From the NCBI GenBank assembly GCA_040954595.2, contig CM082576.2, positions 17,097,028 through 17,161,027 of the forward strand: a stretch of DNA of 64,000 bases. The letters run 5' to 3'. The stretch comes from Balanoglossus misakiensis. Its lineage: Eukaryota > Animalia > Hemichordata. Shown here one piece after another: positions 11,001 through 24,408 of the stretch. The position numbers and the translations under genes were made by a program. Under the pieces are notes generated by a model. The model ran no database searches and was not told the origin of the DNA. It worked only from the letters and a program-made list of their open reading frames with translations. How positions within the stretch are numbered: position 1 is the first letter of the stretch; each line of letters starts with the position of its first letter.

Positions 11001-14000
11001 CTAGGTTTCTCTACACGCATCATTTTGCAAAAGTCGTGTGTAGGGAAACCTAGACGAACCTTGCGGCCGATATCGACAAGCGTGTCTTGGTTTCTCTACA
11101 CGCATCATTTTGCAAAAGTCGTGTGTAGGGAAACCTACGCGCACCTCCTTGTTGTGTACGAAATAGTGTGTTTCTGTATGAATGTTCCGTGGTAACTGGA
11201 ATTACTGGGGTGAGACTTAAACGAAGGAAAGTGAAGGACGCTCATATCTCCATATTTTAGGCCGGAGGACATCATTATCTCATTCTCACAGAGGAAAATA
11301 GTTTTGTAGGACTTTATCGCCACACTTGAACATCGGAACAGAATTGATGCATAAAAATTGTTTGTGGGGTATACCGATTTGTATACGGATTCTTGACTAT
11401 GATGGAGATGAAGACTTCGAGTACTTTATTATTAAGGCTTCATAAGCTGGTATGCTACAGAAAAGTGTGTCAACACCAATGAGAGAAGTGGAAAGACCAG
11501 ATGCATTCAGAGTCAACCCCCAGAAAGTGCTTCAAAGTGGTCTCTCAAAACAAGTGCTAATGAAAAGTAATTAACGACATGTTATATAGCTCATCTTGCC
11601 AGGAAATTTTCTAATTACTAGATTGTGTTTGGCTATTAATAAATGACTCATCCAGAGACTTGGCCCCAGCTTGTACACATCTGACCAGAGATAATTACTA
11701 GTATATTGATGTCAAGATCTTAAGTAGAGTGTCTTGTTTACATGGAACAATTCTAAACAAAAACTGCCTTAGAGGAAATTATTATTATTATTTTAAACTA
11801 TAATTCGGACTCATGGTCCATATTACAGTAAGACTAATTAGGTGAAAGAGAAAAAAATTACATACCGGTACATATCTAGATTACAAAAAGAAGCTTACTC
11901 CATAAGCTCAAAGTTTCAGAATTAAAATACAGTGTGTCATGCACTTGCCGCACAATTACATTTTGGCAGTTCAAAAGTCGTTGCTTCAGACTAAAAATTT
12001 GCCTTCTAAGCAGGGCATGGAACGTATCTATTCTGTTTGTCACAAACATAGAGCTCGCACTGCTACGTCTATCATATCCCAATAGGATACGAGCAGCGTT
12101 GTTATATGCAACTTTCAATTTCCTCATTGTACTGACAGAGAATTTTACCCACATTGGGTAAATACACGTGAAATCCTGGTTCGTCCTAAATTCGCCCTTC
12201 AGTATAAAGATGCCGTTCTTCACCGTAAAATATGGAGATATTACTATCCTTCGCTTGTCCTTCGCCCTTTAGTATAGAGAAAAAGATGTCCTTCAGCCTA
12301 AAATATCATATTACTGTCTTTCGGCCTTTAGCATTAATAAATATGGTTTGTTGACATGTAAGGGTTAGGGTATATTCAACGGTTAGGGTTAGTGTTGGGA
12401 TTTTTTTTATCCACAGCCAGGCATCACTAAGCCACAAAGGGGGGGGGGGGGGGTGACGCCGGCCGTGGATCGAAAAAATGCCAACACTAAATCCTAACCG
12501 TTGAATATACCCTAACCTGTCGAATATACCCTAACACGTACATGTCAACAAACCATATTTATTAATAAAGAAATATGTATTTGTTTATTATGCCAATCAA
12601 CAACTACAACAAACAAACAATAAAAACGCAGAGGGAGAGCCCCTGTGATATGAGCGTCCTTCACTTTCCTTCGTTTAAGTCTCACCCCAGTAATTCCAGT
12701 TACCACATTCATACAGAAACACACTATTTCGTACACAACAAGGAGGTGCGCGTAGGTTTGCCTACACACGCCTTTTGAAAAATGAGGCGTGTAGAGAAAC
12801 CTAGACACGATTGTCGATATCGTCCACGGTACATGCATGGTGCATGGTGTAGTTGAGACAGCCTAGGAAGTTGCGAGTACATGTTTATAGTATAATCCCC
12901 CTGGTAAACGAGCCGCAGGCGAGGGTATCATCAATATTGTGGTCAGAGATCACCAGCCCTCGTGAAGGCTTTAAATCGTGATGTTGCCCGAGCATCATGT
13001 GTTATTAATTTTTATTACGCCGAACGTTTGAACGTACATGCACTGCAGCATAGAAGAACGTATACTCGCGTCCATATGTCGTACGTTGCTGAGAATGTAA
13101 AATGTCTCGATCTCCCAAGAATTATACGATACCTACTTCGAACTTAGATTATTTTGAAAATACTGCGCTGTTGGTTGCGATTTTGGTGTATTTACTGCCC
13201 GTTTGCAGTAAAATAACGTCCAGTTGAACAGGTATTAAGCCTATGTGTCGCTTTGAAGCCATAGATGTAGGAGTTGACTGATCGTGGAGGAAGCCATTGA
13301 ACGACAGTTTGGAACGCGCAGAAGTCGTGAGCAGAACACCAACAACCCAGCGGGCAATATCAGCGCACGCGACAGGGCTTTATCAACTCTAGCCATGTTA
13401 TGTCACTTTTTTTCTATATCACGTGAGCGCGTCTCAGCCAATCACGAATACGGTATATTATATTATACCAGTATATTGATGGTGTAAATCACTCTATTTG
13501 ATTGGTCGAGACACGGCACGTGACCGTGATATATTAGCCATATACCACAGTCATATATCATAGTTAAAGAAAATGCCTTTTTAAAATGTTTTATGCAAAG
13601 TTTCAATATACTGGCATAATATAATAGCAATAAAACACCCCCAGCCATGGTATACCACTCGATTTTGACCAGTTCAACTCCATATACGCACTCGCTATCG
13701 CTCGTGCGTATATGTCGTGAACTGGTCAAAATCTCGTGATATACCATGGCTGGGGGTGTTTTATTGCTTAAATACGTGAGGTGTAATAATGAACACCTAT
13801 TGCCTGGCCATGAGGGCCATAGCGGCCGTTTATTACACCCGAGGGGCTGTGAGTTACCAGAATCATATGCTATTTCCCGAGGCCGCAGGCCGAGGGAAAT
13901 AGCATATGATTCTGGTAACTCACAGCCCCTCGGGTGTAATAAACGGCCGCTATGGCCCGAATATAGGCCAGGCTATAGGTGTTTTATAATAAACCTCATG

Positions 14001-17000
14001 CTAACAGCTGGGAAAATCTTGCAATTTTCTCTTGAGGTTGGCAGACGACATCTTCCGCGGTGGCCATTGTGTCAGACGACGCGACGCTGATTGACGTGAC
14101 CGAGTCTACGCACTCACGCTGGTCACGTGACTGGTTTATATTTTTTCTGCTATTTCCCTAGCGGTTCATAGTCTGGCGAATCACGGCACAGTATTAGCAT
14201 GAGGTATATTATAATCTAAATGTATGTTATAGACCAATGCTTCACTTTTTCGGATGAAGGAGGACCCACATGTACATTTGGGGATTTATAGTAAAAACAT
14301 GTGACTCATCCGGGCGGCAGAACACTTTTCTATGAAGTATACCCCCAGTCAACTGAACACCCTCTCTAGGTTTTGGGCAGTGTTACGTGTAACATGTTAA
14401 AATAAATCAAGGTTTGATGAGAATTCGGCTAAACGAACTTTATTCTGTTATGCCATAGATATATCGTGCAGAGAGCCAATATCATAAAATGCTACATGTA
14501 CCAGCTACTCAAGAACCGGAGATACCGTTTGTGCTACACGAGCTTCCGAACCTGAGGTCTCCGTATTGGAATAGCAGCATAGGTGAGCTGGGCAGCATGG
14601 GTGTCACCAACGCATTGAGGACGACGCTGTCTTTGCCAAGAAATACATCAGTTGTCCTCTATGGCGATACGCTGACTGTTCGGGTGGATGCTAAGGATGA
14701 TAATGGCAGACAGAGAGTACACGGAGGGGATTACTGGAGGGCCCTGCTCACCAGCGTGACAGCTAACAGCATCTGTAGTGTGCCTGGAGAGATCTGGGAT
14801 TTTGACAATGGCACGTATCTTGCCAGCTTTCCCGTGAAATGCACGGGTGCGGCGTCTATAGAAATTTCTCTCGTGCATACCCGAGAGGCTGTTCGCTTCT
14901 TAGACCGGGAGTATTTGCCCTTCGAAGACAAAGTTACCTGGAAGGCATATTTTGGAACAGACACAAACAGTAACTCCACTTGCCGGCTTCATCATGAAGG
15001 TGTGTGGAGAGATGAATGCGAGTACCGAAATAGAGGGGGCCTTGGTAAAAGCCTGTTACTGTGTGATAGACCTAAAAACAGTTCTTGTGCAAGCCTTCAC
15101 CATTTGGAAGCTTTGATTCCTTCTCAAACGTTGCTCAGTTTTGTCAACAACCAGAAACATCTATTTAACAGGTAGGCGTGGGCAAGGTCAAATGATGGGT
15201 GGGGTGACAAAGTCTCTCTCTCACTGCCCTTTGTTCCATTAATTATATTTGATGCAAGACACTGTTTAATATTCTACATGTGGATATATAGTGAATGAAC
15301 ATTCAACCACACACAACTTCCATCCCTCTTATAGACAGGAGAGTGAAAAAACTCGCCAAAATGAATAATCGGTCTCTACCATTTATTCATTTTGGGCGAG
15401 TTTTTACTCTCATATCATACAAGTGGGATGGAAGTTTTGTGTGGTTGATCATTGATTCACTATATATCCACACGTACATTAACATAAACAGTGTCTTGTA
15501 TCAAACATAAGTAATGAAAAAAAGGGTAGCGAGAGAGAGACTTTGTCCCTCTAAGGGGACACTCCACTACAGTTTGAATACAATTACGAGTATCTCACAT
15601 CAGGTAGTGTGTGTGATCTAGCCTTGAGGACTAGAATATTTGGTGCACTCGTGCATATCTGGTAGTTTAGACATACAAACATACATACATACATACATAC
15701 ATACATACATACATACATACATACATACATACATACATACTGTTCATTTACACATAAAACCACAGACGCCAACTAATAGAACTATTTTATTTCCATTTCA
15801 GTAAACGAGAAATTGTTGCTCGGAAGCTAATAAAAATAAACATCACTGGTAAGTACCGGTAGACGCGCGTAATGTTTGAAATAGCAAAAATGCGGAACTT
15901 AGTTTTTGATTATAATACAGAAAATTTGCGAATACTTTATTGCACAAAGACGTCACAGAAGTGAAATGGCAATGCTGATATGTTCACGAAATCATTTGAA
16001 ATTGGAAGGGCGCAAGTTGAATATTATCTATGCATTCATGGACCCTATATTCGTTTATTTGACATGTCTTGTCTGAATGGACAATGTACCTTTTCAGTTC
16101 CTGTTTGCTTTTAATTTGTATGGCAAATGTTTTCAAGGCTTATAGAAGATGGCGTTAGTTTCAAATGGTTTGCACCTTTTCCTTGCCAAGGTTCATCTGA
16201 AACTGTCGAAGGTGCAAGACGGGACCCGCTTCAATTGTGTGACTTAACTAAGCACCTTGGAGAGAAGTCATTCACGGGGTACTGGTCTAACAAAACTTGG
16301 CATCCCGCGGATTGCAGATTGCAAACTCTCACTGTCACAGAGGTAGAAGCTTGCCTTGACCAAAAACACATTCTTCTCATGGGAGACTCCACGATCAGAC
16401 AATGGTTCCTGTATCTCTGCCAAATACTTGGAATAAACGAGAAAGAGATCACGTGGGATGCGCAGTATGGCGGTAAAAGAGGGTACTATCAGCATATTCG
16501 AGGATCTGTGGATCACGACTCTAACATCACTATGGAGTTCATGTTCCACCCGCTGCCAATTACCAAGTCCAGGTACAGGATGGAAGATGCCGTTTTTGAA
16601 GAAGATATAATAGATGAACTAGTGGATTGCAATCTGGTCATCGTGGTCAGCCCCTGGGCGCACTACACAATGTGGACACCAGAGGCGTTTGATGAACGGC
16701 TGTATTACTTGAAACTGGCTCTGTTCAGGTTGAAGAGGCGTTGTCCAGGGAGTTTCATCGCAGTGAAAGGGGCGCACGTTCGGGAGATGAGAATGTGGCC
16801 CTACCCGGTTATTAACAGTGACTGGATTCTGGAGCACGTCAATAACCAATTGAAGATGACATTTGCCCCCGAAACGTGGCTGATGTTCTTTGACTCGTGG
16901 GATATGAATTTATCGTACCCTGGTAAACATCTTGTCCACATGCCTCCTGAAGTGATATGTGAAGAACTCAGGTTGTTTTTGTCGTTCATCTGTCAAAAGG

Positions 17001-17026
17001 GAACCAAAAATATAAGAGGCATTTAA
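8021..17026 (+). CDS. NXPE3: NXPE family (neurexophilin and PC-esterase domain) protein, NXPE3-like; 4 coding exons, 556 aa
   Basis: Exons 8021-8095 (MPTRKDLVHVAYVAFGFGFILLLVW signal anchor, GTAAGT donor), 14459-15171, 15802-15848 and 16191-17026. Intron phases 0/2/1 all match, total 1671 nt. Ig-like region GGDYWRA..D..NGTY; esterase motif GDSTIRQW; C-terminal HLVHMP. Orthology to NXPE3 itself is not established. Confidence 0.88.
8610..9808 (+). mobile_element. 5'-truncated RTEX-like LINE (3' end of ORF2) in NXPE intron 1
   Basis: Motifs YLGIVF, PILLYGSEIWG, RGELG, IESGR...RICEMC..VEDEFHFLLVCPLY. Frameshift near 9300. AATAAA followed by a (TCTA)n tail at 9786-9808. Confidence 0.85.
9809..11137. 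repeat. 85-bp tandem satellite, 15.6 near-identical units, each with a 57-bp hairpin
   Basis: Unit GTCTAGGTTTCTCTACACGCATCATTTTGCAAAAGTCGTGTGTAGGGAAACCTAGACGAACCTTGCGGCCGATATCGACAAGCGT starts at 9809, 9894, ... 11084. Confidence 0.98.
11070..12829. mobile_element. Long-TIR (about 180 bp) non-autonomous DNA element or inverted pair; one end is amplified into the satellite
   Basis: ~11070-11248 is an inverted copy of 12646-12822, including one satellite unit. A further internal inverted repeat lies at 12333-12408 / 12475-12566. Confidence 0.65.
11779..12157 (-). mobile_element. 3' fragment of a Proto2-like LINE
   Basis: MWVKFS..TMRKLKVAYNNAARILLG..SASSMFV matches the ORF2 C-terminus near 30350-30630. 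(TAA)n tail near 11780-11792. Confidence 0.75.
13457..13774. mobile_element. Double-hairpin non-autonomous element without a terminal TIR pair (possibly Crypton-type); second copy at 34604-34930
   Basis: Inverted repeat 13457-13479 / 13603-13625, then a ~145-bp near-perfect hairpin AGCAATAAAACACCCCCAGCCATGG... around the loop CTCGCTATCGCTCG. Confidence 0.7.
13782..14215. mobile_element. Second double-hairpin element with the same architecture in mirror orientation
   Basis: ~200-bp hairpin at 13782-13990 with loop CCCGAGGCCGCAGGCCGAGGG, then TATAATAAACCTCATGCTAA ... TTAGCATGAGGTATATTATA. Confidence 0.7.
15205..15550. mobile_element. Palindromic MITE in NXPE intron 2; related partial copy at 63150-63365
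   Basis: Arms GACAAAGTCTCTCTCTC / GAGAGAGAGACTTTGTC, centre AAAATGAATAATCGGTCTCTACCATTTATTCATTTT. The 63-kb copy ends ...GACTTTCCCT-TTAA. Confidence 0.7.
15671..15740. repeat. (CATA)n microsatellite
   Basis: Direct reading of the sequence. Confidence 0.95.
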
Positions 17027-17188
17027 CGTGTGAAATGTGCCTTTAATCCATTCCGATGCAGTTACAATGCAGATGGTTCTAAGGTGTTCTCTTCGAAACC
17101 GACGAACACTTGTATTCAAAATTAAAAGTTTATTCTTGAATAATTTATACATATTTGAATTTAAGCACTTTCATTTATAATTTTATTG

Positions 17189-20100
17189 TTAGGGGCACAA
17201 GCCTATCGGGATTGTGCCCCTATTGGTATTGTTGGAAATATTCTTCATTACGGCCCAAGCGCTGCAGCGCTTGGGCCCTATTGGTTTTGTTGGGGTTTTT
17301 CAGTCTTTCTTTATTCTTGGTTCCATTTTTCGGCCAGCTTAATCTAAAAAAACGGCTGCACCAACCAGGCTGAAACTTGGTAGCATGATAGGGGCCAATC
17401 AGTTGATGTGCTATGAATATTTAATTAGTCAGGTGACCTGGCGGCCATATTGGATTATCTGAAAATCTTTAAACAACTTTTTCTCAAAAACTACTGGGCC
17501 AATCAAGTTCAAACTTGGTGTATGGTACTAAGCGGTCACGTGACTTTGGCCGCCATATAGGATTTCCAAAAAAGTACAGTAAAATCTTCAAAAATCTTCT
17601 TCTCCAGAACCGGCAATAACTGAGTCACAGGATTTGGGGTATGTGATCACCTGACTGATGTCTATCAAGTTTGTGAAGAGCGTTGTGATTGGTCGAGGAT
17701 TATGGCAGCCATATTTGATTTTTTTTAAAATCGATGAAAACAGAAATTTTCTTTTTGTAGGCTAAAGATTCATATCACACACATTCTTTTATGGATATGA
17801 GTTGTCATATGACTAGAATATGTTGGAATTTTTTTTGGCCATTTTCACATGACCTTTGACCTACTTTTTTAACATGCTGCTTTTATGCATATATAGCATG
17901 TACCTGTTCTAAAAGTACCAGAGTTCTGATTTTTGTGCACATGGGCAACAACACTGCCAGGACCTACCCCAAATATTTTGGTAATTTTGGCAATGAGCTT
18001 TGACCTACTTTTGACAAATCGTTTTTCTGCATATCTAATTCCAGGCTAACTTGTAAGGCTAGACGTTTGCTTTTTGATGCATGTGGATTTGTATTGATCA
18101 AAATATTTTGCTACTTTTCATGGCCCTTTGACCTCTGCTGACCAAATTAATTTGCACATACCTAATTACAGGCAACCCAATAGGGCTAGAGGTTTTGTTT
18201 TTGTTGGACATGGACTAGTATGGCGTCAAAATTTTTGGCCCAAATTTTGTATGACCTCAGGTGACCTTTGATCTACTTTCGCATATCTCTACATCCAAGG
18301 CAGATACATGGCTTGGCATTTGGGCAGGATGGGACCAAAATGTAAAGCCATATTTTTGGGTCATCTGTGACACCTGATGACCTCATTAAATATGCGCATA
18401 TCTAAATACAGGCGAACCAATAGAGGTAGAATTTGGTTTTTGTTGGACATGAACCAGTATGGGGTCAAATTTGTTTCCTCAAATTTTGGGTGACCTTGGG
18501 TGGCCTTTGACCTACATGTACTTTACTCTATATCAGCACCAAAAATACACACGTCCTTTTTATTTCATGAGATAAAACACCTGATAGAGCATTATGTTTG
18601 TTCTCATTCATAATGTGCACATATAGTTTCATATCAGCGCTTGGGCCCGACAATGCTGCTTTAATTGGGGCCCAAGCGCACGCAAGCGCTTGGGCCCTAT
18701 TGGTTTCGTTGGAATTTTTCAGTCTTTCTTTCTTTCTTTCTTTATTCTTGTGTCAATTCTTTGTCGATCTACATGTAGATCTCTTTACTCTATATCAGCA
18801 CCAAAAATACACACGTCCTTTTTATTTCATGAGATAAAACACCTGATAGAGCATTATGTTTGTTCTCATTCATAATGTGCACATATAGTTTCATATCAGC
18901 GCTTGGGCCCGACAATGCTGCTTTAATTGGGGCCCAAGCGCACGCAAGCGCTTGGGCCCTATTGGTTTCGTTGGAATTTTTCAGTCTTTCTTTCTTTCTT
19001 TCTTTATTCTTGTGTCAATTCTTTGTCGATCTACATGTAGATCTCAGACACCGCTGCAGGTACACTTCTTAAACTTGCTACAGTGGTCAAGGTCAATGAG
19101 TAGTCGTGCATTGAACCTGTGAATTTTTAATTAGTCGCGTGACCTGGTGGCCATATTGGATTTTGTGAAAAAATGCCAATCTCAGATTTCAGAAACTACA
19201 ACTTACGAGTCAGATCGACTTCAAATTTGACATGCTGGTAGACTACCGGTACCTTCTGCCCATCATTTTTGTAATTGAAAATTATGCTGTCAAAATTGCA
19301 GTTTTTTTGCTTCATTTTTTCTCCTGAAAAACGTTTGTTACCGAGACACGGGGTTTGGGGTATGTGGTCATCTACCTAATGTTTATCAAGTTTGATATTG
19401 TGATTGGTCGAAGATTATGGCGGCCATATTGGATTTTCGAAAAACCATAGTAAAATTTCAAAAATCTTCTTCTCCAGAACCGGCGATAACATAGTCGCAA
19501 GATTTGAGGAGTATAGTCACCAAACTTATGTCTATCAATTTTATGAAGAGATTTTAAAAGTAAAAGACAGTGAAAAATTGAAATTCCTTTTTCTAATCTA
19601 AAAATTGATAGCGTACAAATTCTTTTTATGGATATCAATCATCATATGACTAAAATATGTTACAAATTTTTTGGCAATTTGTCACATGACCTTTAACCTA
19701 CTTTTCACACATCATTATATCTGCCTATCTATTTCCAGGCTAACCTACAGGGCTAGAAGTTTTGTTTTTGATGCATGTGGTTTAGTTGGTGATCAAAATA
19801 TTCTGCTACTTTTCAGGACCCCTTTGACCTCGGCTGACTGCCTTAATTATGTGTATAGCTAATTACAAGCGACCCAATAGAGCTAGAGTGTTGCTTTTTG
19901 TTGGACATGGACCAGTATGGGGTCAAAATTTTTTGCCCAAGTTTTGGATGACCTCAGGTGACCTTTGACCTACTTTCACATATCTCGGCATCCACAGCAG
20001 GTACAGCCTAGGCATTTGGTGGGATCGAACACTTTACATTATGCACATACCTAATTCCAGACTAATCAACAGGGCTAGAGGAGTGTTTTTTGTTTGACAT

Positions 20101-20276
20101 AGACCAGTATAGGGTCAACAAATATTGCCTACACTTTTGGTGACCTCTTTGACCTTCTTTCCCATATCTTAGCATCCACAGCAGATACAGCATTGACACT
20201 TGATGCAATGGATTTGTCATGATTATCTCTACATGTATTTGCTTGGGCCCCTTCAATGATACTTGCAGCTTTAATT
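17189..20276 (+). mobile_element. Head-to-tail array of HINE/DINE-like (non-autonomous Helentron-type) elements
   Basis: 5' ends GGCCCAAGCGC-n-GCGCTTGGGCCCTATTGG near 17252, 18668 and 18930, followed by (TTTC)n-like tracts and degenerate internal tandem repeats. 3' ends GCTTGGGCCC...GC(TTGCAGC)TTTAAT near 18640, 18902 and 20241. Confidence 0.7.
18521..19045 (+). repeat. Essentially perfect 262-bp tandem duplication
   Basis: 18521-18782 matches 18783-19044 (identical ORF starts at 18598 and 18860). Confidence 0.95.
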
Positions 20277-21979
20277 GTAAGGTTTTTTTTGTTAAAGAAA
20301 TGGACAGATATGTTCTTGAAGTGGTAGCTGTGGCCGACGTGCGTGAACTTGTTGAATATCTTGACCCCAGAGGGCGAGTTTGATGGTGGCTGTTTGGTCG
20401 GCCACGTATATCATTTGCTTCTGCAGTGTTGTTCCAGATTGCATTGTTTGGTGGCTGCTCTGGTCAGCTAGCTGCTAGTACTGCCTTGACTACAGTGTTG
20501 TGTGTGGCTGAACATTGAGTCACTATAACTTTAAATTTCAGCTTGTAACTTTTCACAAGAATTACATTTCAAAGTAGAAGAATCAACTGGGTTTAGTCCA
20601 TGCAAAGTAGAAAGCGGTATAGCAATTAAGATATCATCCATGACGCTTGAATTTTCATTAACAGGAAACAATTCTCTACGGCTAATAATAGGACCATCAC
20701 ATTTCACCTGCTCCTTTTAAATGTTACGTTTGTATCGCTCAAAACTTTGTCGTTTTCTTTCGGCACCAAAAATCTCTGGAACGATGACAGAATACTGACG
20801 GTACCCAATCAAGATGCGTTTTGTCATGAAAAGAAGCTGGTTTCCATGAAAAAGAAAAAAAAATAATGAAACATTCAGTATCTTTTTATTATGAATACTG
20901 TATACCGTTTTATTTTTGCGGGCGATTTCTTTTTTGCGATATTCGCGAGTACAAAAAACAAGAACTTTTGTCTTTGCAAACATATAATATATACATTTCA
21001 GCTTACACACTGTACTTCTCACCTGTCCTATATATTACACACACACATGCACACACACGCACACAACAACAAGACGATACACCCGGTTCTTAAACAATAC
21101 TATGTACATTTATTTCTTAATTCAATGTTGGAAAAAAATATATAAAAGGAACAAAAAATAATTAAAGAGAAAATGATCATCTCATAAAGTGTGCTCCACA
21201 TAAAACACGTAGCCTACGATTGCACAACCGGGGACGGGTAGGGTTAACCGTTAACCATGGGTTAATGTCTCGGGCGGTAAATGGCGTTCACTTGGCTATA
21301 AGTTCAAGAAAGCAATTGGCAGACAAAATAACAGTATTACCAAAAGTAAAATCATCCATATAGTACAAATGAAAAAAATATTTTGATATACAATGATAAC
21401 TTTCAAAATTAAAAATATACACAGGGGCCACACGATACAAAATGGCGGCTCACTATGAAAATTTAAAAAAGGTCAAAGTCCATCTCCCCCTCCGAAAGTT
21501 CTCGTAGATCGAGTCATCGTATCTTATCCTACTTTCTAACGGGCTAGTCAGTGGCTTCACCTAACAATTGAGGGTATAACAGTTCAAATATTCCTTCACC
21601 TAGCTATCATGTGACCATTTAAAACATTATAGAAATTTGGTAACTTAGTCTTGTAACCATCATGTGTTATCAGTTTTAATGTATTCCACTAATTCTTTAC
21701 TATCAATCACGTGATCTGGCAATGTGTCCCATGGCGCAGTCATTTCCAGATGACGGGCAAGCAATATTTCGGCATCCAGTAAAAGTTTTTGTGAGTATGT
21801 TTTTACTTTAGAACCGCCAAACACATAACATGTATCAGGTATGGTGCCTCATCAGCCTCATTGCATTTCGTCTGCACAGTCTTTGTCTGCACCACGTAAG
21901 TCCACGTTGCTGAAGTTGCCCGTCATCTGGAAATTTGAATGCGAACGTAACTGCCACCTGAACGCGTCTGACGTCATTT

Positions 21980-22630
21980 GATAGCGAAGAATAGCAGAAT
22001 TTATAGATGACTTTTCAAAGCCTTCAATGATGGCACCACGATCATTTCGTAGTTTATCAAATGCTGATAAAAGCCTGTTTGCATGAAGCGGTTTCAGTGT
22101 CGACAAACGGAGATCCACTGCTACTGCACTTACATCAACGCCGTTGTCAAGGGCCTCTGCTACTTTGCCTGCATACCAGTTGTGGAATTTGTTTCCCAAT
22201 GCATCCTTGAATTTTGCGTTGAAGGACAGGTCCAGGGCGCTGCAATTCTGACGTACAGTTCGCAGGGACAAACACAGCATTGATTCCCGAGTCATGGAGA
22301 TTCGCAAGAAATCCTTCCCCTTGATTGGCTCTGAACACGTCGAATACGGCAGTAGGTTGTGTGTTCTTCGGGAAGATCGAGTTGCTAGCAGATTCTCTCG
22401 ACGTATGGTATTAGCACTTTTTCGGCATATCGGATCATTGTTGCTTGGTTGCTCCAATGGTTAGGGGTGTGGAAGATGTCCCCGTCATCAGGAAACTGAA
22501 AATTTGGATGACAGTCGTTGGTTTTTCCCTTGTAGAGGAATTGGGGTGGAAGGACATCGTCACTCATGGTACACCCAAACAGTGCTGTAATTTCTCGCTT
22601 AATATTATCAAGCCCAATGATGGGGACCGT
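21980..22630 (-). pseudogene. pogo/Tigger-like DDE_1 transposase relic
   Basis: KREITALFGCTMS..VLPPQFLYKGKT..CHP..HTPNHWSN..YAEKVLIPY / FVPANCTSELQ-ALDLSFNAKFK..WY..DLRLSTLKPLHA across three frames. Confidence 0.85.
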
Positions 22631-24408
22631 CCTGATCCTATGTAGACTGTATGCAATAAAGGGAATGAGGCTCCTCACACCTCAATTATAAATTTCTTAA
22701 AGTAATTGAAGTATATAATAGTATATCGTTGCAATAAAGAAATCTATGAACAAATGAAAATGACAAGTCAATACAATAGTTGCCAGAATTGGTAAAACAA
22801 GAAAAGTGGCGGGGGTGGGCGTGGGAGGGGGTGTCCCCCTCCCACATAAGAAAATTTTGTAAAATATGTAGCGCAAGGTTGCATTTTAATGAACTCAAAA
22901 GCAAATTATCTCAATGTTTGGGAGGACCAATTTTACTTTTGCCACTCCACTCAAAGTTAGAAGATTTGGCGTCATCTTCGTCATGACATCATTTATAAAA
23001 CTTCTAGTATATAGAAGATGCAGCGCGAAACTATCAGTTATGCGGAATGGTTTAAACGATTATTCTCCCTTATGTATTTACTTTGTTAAATAATATCATC
23101 GGTGGGGTTGGGGTGACAAACACACTGCCCTGGTACACTAGACAAACCAGCCAAAAATGAAATGTGGCGGAGAATGAAGGGGGTGGGAGGGGGTGTCCCC
23201 CATTAGAAAATTTTGCAAAATAAAGGGCGCGAAACTGCAATTTTGTGGACTCAAAAGCAAAAGTTCGGTGGCAAAAGTATGTGATCCCCCCCCTAAACGT
23301 TTAAAAAAACCAGATGACCCCCCCCCCCCCTTTAGGACTTCAAAATTTAAGTGACCCCCCCCCCTGAATTTTGCCGCCCCCCCCCCCCCCGGCCGTAAAA
23401 ACTGAACGGTCCCTTATCTTGCCAACAGTTTTCATAGTCCGTGGCTAGATGGTCCTTTAATCCTTCATCAAAATATGTCCGCTTTAATATTTCTGCTTTA
23501 TTTCTCTTAAAACCAACACACAAAAAACTCTAGGACTGCCATAGTCTTCAGCTTGCTGCAAAATGAGTTATAAGTTAAACACCATATGAAAATATAATAT
23601 GGCTAACAACCTAATTGAAATTGCTAAATTATAAATGTTTGAAAAGCTGAAAATATAAATGTGAGAATCATAAGAATTTAGTATTGGACAACATCAAACG
23701 TTCAATATAATAAATCTAACTTAATTGCTTAAGTTGGGCCTCAGACACCCCCCCCCTCTAAATTGTCCTAAAATTGAAAAACATTACTGACTCGTACCAT
23801 GAACCAATTTTTCCAGAAAACGTACAAATATACACTGAATTTATAGACCCTGGTTATTTGTTTAACCCCTTGCCCCAACTGAACAACATACATATATAAT
23901 ACTCAGATTGTGCAACAATAAAATGAGTGTAATTACCTAACTATATATAAAGATAGACTTTACTTCATTGTAAAACTGAACTTAAAGTGTCAAGCTCAGA
24001 CCATCGATGCAATTAATCTCATCAAACGATGCTGTTAATACTTGGTCTCTATTCACTAGAAGGAAATTGGTTGACCTATCTTCACTATCTTCTCTTTCAC
24101 TTTCCACATCCATGTTTCTGCTAGTTACCACTTTTTTGGTAATAGCGCAGGACTTCTACTGGATCACTATTATGTCTACTGTACATGTGTATATATAATA
24201 TACATGTAATATTTTATTTATTTCACCATAAGAAGTGTTTACATTTGTACATAAATTTGATGTTTGTACTGTTGGTAGGGGCCATGAAATATAGTTCGTC
24301 AGAACTAGTCTTCCTTCATGGCCCTAACAAAATATTTGAAATAAAAAGAAAGAAAAAAGAAGAAGAAAAAAATTGTCTAGAATTGCAAAGAAGATGTTGT
24401 ACATTTTA

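Noticed and set aside
9809-11137. CRISPR-like array of palindromic repeats
   Set aside because: The 28-bp 'spacers' are essentially invariant, no cas genes are present and the context is eukaryotic; it is a tandem satellite.
12360-12540. Telomeric TTAGGG repeats
   Set aside because: Only scattered single units within the arms of an inverted repeat; no telomeric array.
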